Below are positions 15,182 to 22,486 of a stretch of DNA of 32,000 nucleotides, in pieces; within the stretch, counting starts at the first letter, position 1, and the number at the start of each line of letters is the position of its first letter. The notes under the pieces were generated by a model, which was not told the DNA's origin, did not search any database, and worked only from the letters and a program-made list of their open reading frames with translations. The stretch is from Ignicoccus hospitalis KIN4/I (GTDB taxonomy: Archaea > Thermoproteota > Thermoprotei_A > Sulfolobales > Ignicoccaceae): positions 630,001 to 662,000 of the forward strand of contig NC_009776.1 in NCBI RefSeq assembly GCF_000017945.1. The letters run 5' to 3'. The translations under genes and the position numbers were made by a program.

Positions 15182-16708
15182 TCACCACATCCTTACTACG
15201 AGGCTCTTCGACCCCTCAGAGATCAACGACGCTATCGCCCTAGCCACCAACCCAGTCAACACGATATGGATCGCGGGGAGGGCCGAAACTATGAATGGGA
15301 CGACGAGGAGGTACTGCTGGGAGGCGTGGTGTCGAACGTAGCTTATAGTGTTCTTCATCCTTATTCCCATCAAGCTGGCTAAGTAACCTAAGACGTGCGG
15401 CTTGGGGGGCGTGAAGGTGCCCACGGTGCCGTAAACGACTATCTCCACGCGCTCACCGCTGCTCATTCGGAAACTTATTATGTAGCTGGGCATCCCCTCC
15501 CACGAATCCATGTTTATCCGGGAATTAGCCAAATTGTGGCTGCTGACGAAGCTAACGCGATCCTTCAAGACTCCGGTAGCTACTATGTGAACCTCGGTGT
15601 CGCGGAGCGCGGTTAATTTGAACTGGAGGTACAACGTTCCAGCTTGAGGGTCCACGGACGGCTTGAACTCCGCCAAGACGTCACCCACTACGGCCACGCC
15701 GGGCGAAAAGGCCCACACCTTGCCCATCTTAATCGTAACCTCGCCGAAAGACCCCTTGTCCATGGAACCGAACCTCACCCACCCGTAATTCACGACGAGC
15801 CCGTAAAGGTCGACCTTCACGAAGGCACGAGGCCACGGCGCCCCTCCTAAGGGGATACGGGTGTCGAACCTCCCCTCGCCGTCTAACGGGTAGAGGCCGA
15901 AGCGGCCGTTCCTATCCTCAAAGTAGATGAACGCGTGTACAACGGGCTCTCCGCGGGCGTCCTCGACCTTCCCGTAAGGGTAAGCCACGCCCGTCGAGGC
16001 GCGGACCGGCAAGTTCAATATCAGTTCCGTCACTACCTTTAAGGCCGGGTTGTAGCTCGCTATGAGTCTCAATAGCGAGACCACTAAAGGTACGAAAACG
16101 TACGTACTAATAGCGAACCCTATCAGAGCGGCCCCTACAGACTTCGTGAGCCGGAACGGTACCCCTAAGGCCAAAGTACCGAGAGCTAACATAACTGGCA
16201 TGACCAACTCGCCCACGACCGCCAAGATGTAAGTGAACGTCCACAAGTAAGCCCCAGCCTTGAAAACCATTATTAACAAGTCCAAGGTAAACGAAGACGC
16301 CCAGTTGCCCAAAGGGTCAAGGGCTGAGACCACCTCGTAGAAGACGTTTAACGCTTTACCCAAGGGCAGTCCGAACACGTTCAGCGAGAACACGCTAGAG
16401 AACATGATTTTTAACAATTTGAAGAACAAGTACAGCCTTGCTATCCCGTTGGCTATCTCATATATCTCGTGTACCAGCTCCTCCCTGGAAGTGGACGTCG
16501 TCGCCTCGATTACCCAGTCCGAAAAATATATTATAGAGCCATACGCAAGGCTCATCACCAAGACGAGTTGAGCGTCGCTTATCAAGATGGGGGCCCACCT
16601 CTTCACGCCCCTTATCGGCAAGGGAAGGGCGTACAGTAAGACTCCTAATGCGTAGCTCAAGCCCGATAGGGCTACTGAAAGCGTTAGCAGCGAAGTGATG
16701 ACGTCCAC
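15182..16708 (-). CDS. polytopic membrane protein with a large beta-rich soluble insert (CedA/VirB6-like candidate)
   Basis: 508 aa, GTG start, separated by 4 nt from the ATPase gene. About 6 TM helices in aa 1-230, a soluble Gly/Val/Phe-rich region at aa about 235-455 (nt about 15344..16006), and a C-terminal TM (YLLVVPFIVSALPAIHIVLTGLVARAIASLI). The family call rests on context and topology only. Confidence 0.5.
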   Translation of the reverse strand: MDVITSLLTLSVALSGLSYALGVLLYALPLPIRGVKRWAPILISDAQLVLVMSLAYGSIIYFSDWVIEATTSTSREELVHEIYEIANGIARLYLFFKLLKIMFSSVFSLNVFGLPLGKALNVFYEVVSALDPLGNWASSFTLDLLIMVFKAGAYLWTFTYILAVVGELVMPVMLALGTLALGVPFRLTKSVGAALIGFAISTYVFVPLVVSLLRLIASYNPALKVVTELILNLPVRASTGVAYPYGKVEDARGEPVVHAFIYFEDRNGRFGLYPLDGEGRFDTRIPLGGAPWPRAFVKVDLYGLVVNYGWVRFGSMDKGSFGEVTIKMGKVWAFSPGVAVVGDVLAEFKPSVDPQAGTLYLQFKLTALRDTEVHIVATGVLKDRVSFVSSHNLANSRINMDSWEGMPSYIISFRMSSGERVEIVVYGTVGTFTPPKPHVLGYLASLMGIRMKNTISYVRHHASQQYLLVVPFIVSALPAIHIVLTGLVARAIASLISEGSKSLVVRMW

Positions 16709-16761
16709 CGACGCCCCTAACGTTTAACCCTACAAGGGCCGGAGAGGGGGACGCCGTAACT

Positions 16762-18708
16762 ATGAAGAAAGGGTGGAACGTTAAGACCGGAATAGTGTGG
16801 GACGTAGAGAAGAACGTGCCTACGTTCAAGGAGGACTGCTGGGACTGCGAGACTGTAGAGCTCCCCACGACCTTGCCGGGGGACGCCCGATTCGCCTTCG
16901 AGCACGATATAGGCTTGCTCAAGGAGGCCCTAGAGCGCGAGTTCGGGGACTCCGACTTCCTGTGGAAGGTCTTGGGGGGCAAAGGGGTTGTTTTGGTAAA
17001 CAAGGGCGCCGGGCTGGACGACTTCAGGGAGCTCTTCTCGAGAGGCGCCATAGTTGGCAAGCTCTACTGGGAACCAATAGAGAGGACGTGGAGGTTCAGG
17101 CCCTCCTACGCGGGGGCCTCAGTTCTAGTCGAGCTGGGCGTAGCCAAAACGGTCGAGGTAGAGGAGCACCCGAGCGAAGGCTCCTCCATATTTTACGAGG
17201 GTTGTAAGGACGGAGAACAAGTGATACTGGTTAATAGAGAGAAGGTTCCCGTAGGGGTCGGGGTCTGCAGAAAGGGGCGCGTCAGGGTAATAACGTCATT
17301 TCCCAAGTCGGTGGTCGGGAAAGAGCCGTTCCCCGCCAAGCCGCTCCCCACTACCATAGAGGACACGATCAAGTTCAACGAACGCCGCCTTCGGAGGCTC
17401 ACCTCCCAATCGAAGAGGTTCATATACTCTATGGTAAGCAAGGTGGAGAAGCCGCTCACGGTCTCCTTCTCCGGGGGCAAGGACAGCTTGGTAGCTCTCC
17501 ACCTAACCTTGGAGTTCGGCAAACCTATCGTGGTATTTAACAACACTGGAATAGAAATGCCGGAGACCGTCGAGACCGTGAGGAGGGTCGTGGAGGCGTT
17601 CGACCTAGAGCTGGCGGTCGCCGACGCCGGCAACTCGTTCTGGGAGGCAATGAAGAGGAACTCCCCTCCAGCGAGGGACCTCAGGTGGTGCTGTAAAGTA
17701 ACCAAACTCGTACCTATGGCCAAGCTGGTGAAGGAGAGGTGGCCCTCCGGCACCTTGAACGTAGTGGGGCAAAGGGCCTTTGAGAGCATAGAGAGGAGCA
17801 AGTCCCCGAGGGTGTGGAGGAACAAGTGGTTCCCGCAAGTGCTTAACATCGCTCCCATACACTATTGGACCCAGCTCGACGTTTGGATGTACATATTCCA
17901 AAAGGGGCTAAAGGACTTAGTCAACCCCCTCTACTTCAAGGGCTTCGAGAGGATAGGCTGCTTCATGTGTCCCGCCAGCTTGTTGGCCGAGTTCGAGTTC
18001 ACAAAACGCGTCCACGAAGACTTGTGGAACAAGTGGGAGAAGGAGGTGGAGAGGTGGAGAAGAATCATGGGGTTGCCACTCGAGTGGAGGGAGTACGGCC
18101 TGTGGAGGTGGCTCAGCCCGAGCTCGAAGAAGAAGAGTTTTATGAATAAGCTTGGAATAAGCTACAGCTGGGAAGAAGAGTATAACAGCAGGCTCTTCCC
18201 GAGGATAATTAGGTCGGAGAACGGGGACGAGAAGGCCATCATAGAGTACTCTTCTAATATAGAGAAAGCGTTGGAAGACCAGTGGAGCATACTGGGCAAG
18301 AGGGTCGAGCGTAACAATGTAAAGACGCAGAACGGTCATGAAATAACTTTCTCCAAAAACAAGGTTGAGGTCGTAGGCAAGAACCCCTTAGAGGAAGCTT
18401 TGGTGGTCGACGCGCTCATCCACCGTTGGTACCAGTGCATGAAGTGTAAGAGTTGCGAGCTCTGGTGCCCCACCGGGGCCATCAAGGTTGAGGAGAGGCC
18501 TAAGGTGGACCCGGAGAGGTGCGTCTCGTGTAGGCTCTGCGTGCTGGAGTGTCCGATATACGAACCGGTGACCGATAGGGTGAGCGCCTCGGTGATCTTG
18601 GGGAGGCCGGACGGTTGGAGAAGGAAGACGAAGAAGGCGAGGAAGGAAGTAATAAAGGAACTGAAGGAGGCGGTGTTGGACGACGCGAAGGGGCTCGGCG
18701 GCCTTTGA
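16762..18708 (+). CDS. PAPS-reductase-like PP-loop ATP pyrophosphatase fused to a 2x[4Fe-4S] ferredoxin domain, with an unassigned N-terminal domain of about 200 aa
   Basis: 648 aa. PP-loop PLTVSFSGGKDSLVALHL; PAPS-reductase-type core (RWCCKVTKL, ERIGCFMCP); C-terminal CMKCKSCELWCPTGAI ... CVSCRLCVLECP (two CxxCxxCxxxCP motifs); Lys/Arg-rich tail. Confidence 0.75.
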   Translation: MKKGWNVKTGIVWDVEKNVPTFKEDCWDCETVELPTTLPGDARFAFEHDIGLLKEALEREFGDSDFLWKVLGGKGVVLVNKGAGLDDFRELFSRGAIVGKLYWEPIERTWRFRPSYAGASVLVELGVAKTVEVEEHPSEGSSIFYEGCKDGEQVILVNREKVPVGVGVCRKGRVRVITSFPKSVVGKEPFPAKPLPTTIEDTIKFNERRLRRLTSQSKRFIYSMVSKVEKPLTVSFSGGKDSLVALHLTLEFGKPIVVFNNTGIEMPETVETVRRVVEAFDLELAVADAGNSFWEAMKRNSPPARDLRWCCKVTKLVPMAKLVKERWPSGTLNVVGQRAFESIERSKSPRVWRNKWFPQVLNIAPIHYWTQLDVWMYIFQKGLKDLVNPLYFKGFERIGCFMCPASLLAEFEFTKRVHEDLWNKWEKEVERWRRIMGLPLEWREYGLWRWLSPSSKKKSFMNKLGISYSWEEEYNSRLFPRIIRSENGDEKAIIEYSSNIEKALEDQWSILGKRVERNNVKTQNGHEITFSKNKVEVVGKNPLEEALVVDALIHRWYQCMKCKSCELWCPTGAIKVEERPKVDPERCVSCRLCVLECPIYEPVTDRVSASVILGRPDGWRRKTKKARKEVIKELKEAVLDDAKGLGGL

Positions 18709-18742
18709 AGGAAACGGATAAGCGCCCGCTCCTTGAAGGGCG

Positions 18743-19006
18743 GTGGGGCGTCTGAGCTTTTCGGAATACCTAGAGGCCCTCTACCGCCTAAGCCCCAGGC
18801 TCTACGAGCGCCTACAAGAGGTGGCCAACTTCATAGGCTCCGTCTTAAAGGAGAAAGGCGTTGGGCACTACGAGCTCGAGGGCGACGTCCTCTTACCGGT
18901 CTACACTCGTTGTGAGGTCTTAGGCCCTCCCGTGCGCTGCGAGCCCACGGGCTTCCGAAGCGGCTACGTGGAGAACACGATAGTGGATACCTACGAGCTG
19001 TTCTAG
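18743..19006 (+). CDS. 87-aa ORF, possible N-terminal fragment of an M28-type peptidase gene
   Basis: SEYLEALYRLSPRLYERLQEVANFIGSVLKEKGVGHYELEG resembles the N-terminal helices of M28 aminopeptidases. It ends at TAG 19004..19006, in a different frame from the downstream catalytic ORF. Confidence 0.3.
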   Translation: MGRLSFSEYLEALYRLSPRLYERLQEVANFIGSVLKEKGVGHYELEGDVLLPVYTRCEVLGPPVRCEPTGFRSGYVENTIVDTYELF

Positions 19007-19073
19007 AAGGACGAGGAGCCCGAAGGGTCTACTTTTCTGTACTAACTCGAGGTGTCCTTCTGTCTCAAAAGCT

Positions 19074-19640
19074 TTGTTCACGCAGCAGCCGTCCATAACT
19101 GTGAGTGGGGCCGACGTCGACTCGGTGGAAGAGGGCGACGGCGGCGAGATAGAAGTTACGTGGGAGAAGTTCGAGTTCTCCGAAATCTTGGTAGGTAGCT
19201 TGGAAAGCCCAGAAGCCGTGGTGTTCATCCATTACGACTCCTTCGAAGGGGGCTCCGTGGACAACGGGGCCGCCGTCGCCGTTGCGCTGGAGAGGTTAAA
19301 GGAACTCGACTTGAAGAAAACGCTGTTGGCTTTCACAGCCCCAGATGAGCCGTCGCACGAGGAGCCCTACTGGGGCTTCGGGTTTAGGTTCTTCGAAAAG
19401 GAGTTTAAAGACGTCTTAGAGAGCGCGGACGTCATAGTGACCTTCGACTCGGTGGGGCTCAGCTCCCCCCTAGCGTTGAGGGACAAGAAGTCCTTGGAAG
19501 ACCTGTTACCGCTAGAAGACAAGGGCTTGCTGGAAAAGGCGGTGGGCGTTACTTCGGATTGGGACAAACTCTTCGAGATCTACCACTCAGACTTGGATAC
19601 TCCCGACAAGGTTGATTACTCCAAGACTGTTGAGGCGTAG
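19074..19640 (+). CDS. M28-family metallopeptidase-like protein (catalytic core only; TTG start in track)
   Basis: 188 aa carrying the ordered M28 zinc and catalytic motifs: VVFIHYDSF, GSVDNGAAVAVALE, HEEPYWGFG, IVTFDSVG, IYHSDLDTPDKVD. Confidence 0.55.
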   Translation: MFTQQPSITVSGADVDSVEEGDGGEIEVTWEKFEFSEILVGSLESPEAVVFIHYDSFEGGSVDNGAAVAVALERLKELDLKKTLLAFTAPDEPSHEEPYWGFGFRFFEKEFKDVLESADVIVTFDSVGLSSPLALRDKKSLEDLLPLEDKGLLEKAVGVTSDWDKLFEIYHSDLDTPDKVDYSKTVEA

Positions 19641-19675
19641 GAGCCGTTAAAGACCCTCCTCCCCCCAGAAGGGCC

Positions 19676-20035
19676 CTACAGCAGCTTCAAGTGGCCGGTA
19701 ACCTTGTCGACCTCCTCTTCGGGGGCAGGGCCTACTGCGACTGCCGTTACGGTGCCAGGCTCCACTTGGGTTAGGCCCGCGTCCTTAACCAAGAACGCGG
19801 GGAGGCCGAGGTCCCTAGCCTTCTGATATATTTCTAGCAACTCCTTCAGCGAACCAACCTTGAGGACCACCTTCTTCTGGCCCCCTTTGGTCCACTCCTC
19901 GAACCAAGATGGCTTCTTCTTCATAGCCTCCAAGGCCGCTCCTAAGGAAGCGTGAGCCACTTGTGCGCAGATCTTTCCCTTCCCCATTTTAATGTCTGTC
20001 CTCACCACTATGCTCTGCTTGAAGCCTCTCGGCAA
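19676..20035 (-). CDS. pth2: peptidyl-tRNA hydrolase, archaeal type (Pth2)
   Basis: 119 aa: KQSIVVRTDIKMGKGKICAQVAHASLGA ... KKVVLKV ... LVKDAGLTQVEPGTVTAVAVGP is the conserved Pth2 pattern. The conserved residues before MGKGK argue for the ATG at 20035, which overlaps the upstream gene by 47 nt. Confidence 0.85.
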   Translation of the reverse strand: MPRGFKQSIVVRTDIKMGKGKICAQVAHASLGAALEAMKKKPSWFEEWTKGGQKKVVLKVGSLKELLEIYQKARDLGLPAFLVKDAGLTQVEPGTVTAVAVGPAPEEEVDKVTGHLKLL

Positions 20036-20993
20036 GCTTACCTCCCTCGATTCCGCTCATCTTTAACGCCCTAACTACCTCTGCCCGGCTGGCGCCCAAC
20101 GCCTCGGCCTTTCGGAGGACCGCCTCCAACGGGTCCTTGCCCTCTTTGTAAGCGGTTATGGCCTCCCACGCGAGCCTCCACCTCCTCTCCCGGGATCCCA
20201 TAACCTTTATGATGGCCTTTTGGATATCCCCCCTCAGCTCGTAGCGGGCCATGAGTACGGCGAAGACTAGCTTGTGTATCATTAAGGGCACGCCTACCGT
20301 GCTTCCCCAGAGTTCTATTCTCCTCCTCCTACAGCAGTCACACGGGATCTTTGAGGTCAAGCCGGGTCTAGGTATTTCTTTGTCCACGATCCCTCCGAAC
20401 AAGAAGACGTCCGCGTTCAGCACGTCGTGGGAGGTCAAGCTCTCCTCGGCGTTCGGGTCCAAGAGCACCACTTCGTCGAATACACACAAATCCTCTAACC
20501 TCATAACCTTCACGTAGTCGTTTGGTTTCCACTGAAAGTCTTTGGGAGCGTCCACAAACACTACGTGAGAGTCCCAGAGGAAGTACCTAACGGCGTTCAA
20601 GGTCTCCCAAAGTTGCAGCTTGAGCTTTCTGAGCTCCTTGGGGGTGTGTATTCCGAGAAAGCCTAGGTACACGGCTACGTAGGGCAGCTCGTCCAGCAGC
20701 GGGAGCAGGTGTTCCCGGGTCAGCTCCCCCTCCGACTCGTGGGTGGCGTCGCTCACTTCCTCGCCTCCCCTAAGCATGTACCACATAGTGCGGCTCCCGA
20801 ACTCGGTGCGGAACCACCTCCGCGACTTCAACCCTTTTCGTAAGTTCACCTTGCTGCCCTTGACTAACATGTGGACTGCCGTCTCTTGGAAGGGGTCCCT
20901 CTTAAACCTCAAGTTCATGTTACACTTCAGGGAGGCGAGCTTCTCTGCGCCCCTCTCGTAGAGCAACTTTAATAGCGCGTCTCGCGGTCGCAT
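19989..20993 (-). CDS. SFM1-like SPOUT-fold methyltransferase homologue with N- and C-terminal extensions (start uncertain)
   Basis: The core EVVLLDPNAEESLTSHDVLNADVFLFGGIVDKEIPRPGLTSKI ... RRRRIEL matches my recollection of the SFM1/DUF431 motif (LLDP ... FGGILGD.PPRDRT ... RRL). The track ORF extends to 21170. I prefer ATG 20993 (or 21068) because the longer form overlaps the divergent ParA gene. Confidence 0.45.
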   Translation of the reverse strand: MRPRDALLKLLYERGAEKLASLKCNMNLRFKRDPFQETAVHMLVKGSKVNLRKGLKSRRWFRTEFGSRTMWYMLRGGEEVSDATHESEGELTREHLLPLLDELPYVAVYLGFLGIHTPKELRKLKLQLWETLNAVRYFLWDSHVVFVDAPKDFQWKPNDYVKVMRLEDLCVFDEVVLLDPNAEESLTSHDVLNADVFLFGGIVDKEIPRPGLTSKIPCDCCRRRRIELWGSTVGVPLMIHKLVFAVLMARYELRGDIQKAIIKVMGSRERRWRLAWEAITAYKEGKDPLEAVLRKAEALGASRAEVVRALKMSGIEGGKLAERLQAEHSGEDRH

Positions 20994-21113
20994 TCGGTCA
21001 GTACCGGGATGACGAACTGTACGTGGGCTGAAAAGGTGAAGAGGCTGAGCTACGCGCGACCGTCCCATAGTCCAATTTATTTCTTCAGCACATAGAGCTG
21101 GTGGGTAAATGTA

Positions 21114-21992
21114 GTGACACGGGGCAAGGGCCTCGAGTGTCCTCCTCTGCTCGCCCGGAGCAAGGTGCAAGCGGTATGGGGCATAAAGGGCGGGGTAGGC
21201 AAGTCCACGGTAAGCGCCCTCGTGGCCAAGGCCAGCTCTCAGAAGGTCAACAAGGTCACGCTCCTCGTAGACACGGACTTCCGCGACGGCTCCTCCCGTT
21301 TCTTCTTGGGAGAGGAGGCGAGGCGCCTAGAGGGGTGGTATGACGTCTTGGTCAAGGGAGGTAGGCTAGAGAAGTACCTCCACCGGGTTGAGCCGAACTT
21401 ATACGTAGTGCCCTCGGGGACTATGGACTCGGCCATGAAGTATTCAATGATGATAGCCCAGAAGGGCGTGAGGGAGGTTATGAAAATCGTCGCGAGGACG
21501 GTTTCGGAGATCCAAGAAGACTTCGACTTGGTAGTGGTAGACGTGCCGGTGACCAGTTTCGCGGACGTGCCTATACTTAAATGTATGATTGACTCCTTGA
21601 GGGCCAAGAATACGTTAGTCACGCAAGCCTCCGCCCCCGAGATACGGAGGACGTTGAAGTTGGTTAGGGAAGCAATAAACTTACTTCCATCGCTGCTCGT
21701 GGTAAACCAAATACACCCGAGAGTGCTGGCCGACGCCAACGAGAGGAGGGCTCTCTTGAGCGTCATTTTAGAGATAGTTGAGGAGGGGATAAAGGTAATT
21801 CCCATACCGTTCAGCGGAGAGCTTTACGAACATATAAATTGGAATTCGAAGACCGTGGAAGCGCTGGAAGAGTGTATGGCTTACTTGCTGTGGGGAGTGG
21901 GCGACCCCAAGTGGTGCAACTTCGCAACGCGGGGGCTTTACAGCCCCGAGATAGCGAAAATGGTCGCTTCGATATCTTCACCTTCTGCTTGA
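21114..21992 (+). CDS. ParA/MinD-family P-loop ATPase (orphan)
   Basis: 292 aa. Deviant Walker [19 protein letters not shown] and Walker B-like LVVVDVP. A shorter GTG start at 21165 is also plausible. Confidence 0.75.
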   Translation: MTRGKGLECPPLLARSKVQAVWGIKGGVGKSTVSALVAKASSQKVNKVTLLVDTDFRDGSSRFFLGEEARRLEGWYDVLVKGGRLEKYLHRVEPNLYVVPSGTMDSAMKYSMMIAQKGVREVMKIVARTVSEIQEDFDLVVVDVPVTSFADVPILKCMIDSLRAKNTLVTQASAPEIRRTLKLVREAINLLPSLLVVNQIHPRVLADANERRALLSVILEIVEEGIKVIPIPFSGELYEHINWNSKTVEALEECMAYLLWGVGDPKWCNFATRGLYSPEIAKMVASISSPSA

Positions 21993-22208
21993 GAGCTTCC
22001 TCGCTTCCCTTTCGGTCTCCCTCAAGATGAGTATGTCGCCCAACCTAACCGGACCCTTGACGTTTCTCGTCAAGATGCGGCCCTTGTCCCTACCTTCCAG
22101 CACCCTCACCCTAACTTGCGTTATCTCTCCTGTTACGCCGGTCCTCCCTATGATTTGGATTACTTCCACCGGGAAGCCTATCTCCTCCGTAACGTTAATC
22201 TCGTTCAT
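21978..22208 (-). CDS. rps28e: 30S ribosomal protein eS28
   Basis: Internal ATG 22208 gives 76 aa: [72 protein letters not shown], near-canonical eS28 sequence and length. Confidence 0.9.
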   Translation of the reverse strand: MNEINVTEEIGFPVEVIQIIGRTGVTGEITQVRVRVLEGRDKGRILTRNVKGPVRLGDILILRETEREARKLSSRR

Positions 22209-22270
22209 CCACTCGCCTACATATACCTTCTTCGGCACGGCTCGACCCCGCCCTCCCATCTAAGCTTTCC

Positions 22271-22278
22271 TTTTAAAT
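22271..22278. promoter_or_regulatory. near-palindromic TATA element between divergent rps28e and rpl24e
   Basis: TTTTAAAT is centred about 29 nt upstream of TTG 22304 (rpl24e). Read on the minus strand it would place a transcription start near 22249, upstream of ATG 22208 (rps28e). Confidence 0.4.
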
Positions 22279-22303
22279 CTCTAAAACGCCGGGACGCGGG
22301 GAC

Positions 22304-22486
22304 TTGGGCTTGGCAAGAAGGGTCTGCAGCTTCTGCGGTAGGGAGATAGAGCCTGGAACCGGAATAATGTACGTAAGGAACGACGGCTCCATTATGTGGT
22401 TCTGTAGCAGCAAGTGCTTCAAGAGCTTCAAGATGGGGAGAGACCCGAGGAAGCTTCCTTGGACCGCTAAGTACGCCCGGAGGTGA
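22304..22486 (+). CDS. rpl24e: 50S ribosomal protein eL24
   Basis: 60 aa: [37 protein letters not shown], the eL24 zinc-ribbon pattern. Confidence 0.9.
   Translation: MGLARRVCSFCGREIEPGTGIMYVRNDGSIMWFCSSKCFKSFKMGRDPRKLPWTAKYARR

Noticed and set aside
12480-16708. The idea that PCNA adjacency implies a functional PCNA to DNA-import coupling.
   Set aside because: PCNA has its own promoter and sits two intervening, oppositely oriented genes away. Adjacency alone in a compact genome is not evidence.
16695-16761. A C-box-like GTGATGA at 16695..16701 running into the 53-nt intergenic spacer, considered as a possible C/D box sRNA.
   Set aside because: There is no CUGA D or D' box at appropriate spacing in the following about 60 nt. 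The heptamer is simply the antisense of the membrane protein's first codons.
17193-17858. A 221-aa minus-strand ORF inside the PAPS-reductase-like gene. Similar cases are 16458..17060, 21239..21805, 28052..28465 and 7532..8914 (+).
   Set aside because: These have Ser/Thr/Leu/Pro-rich shadow composition opposite well-supported genes, so they are not independent genes.
20986-21061. A 76-nt minus-strand segment with a tRNA-like look: terminal 7-bp complementarity (GGTCGCG ... TGCGACC), GTAGCTCAG near the 5' end and GTTCGTCATCCC near the 3' end.
   Set aside because: I could not fold a cloverleaf. There is no D-stem partner for TAGC/GCTC and no 5-bp T-stem around the TTCG-like loop, and position 8 is not U. 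It also lies inside or at the 5' end of a long ORF. I treat it as coincidence, and tRNAscan-SE would settle it.
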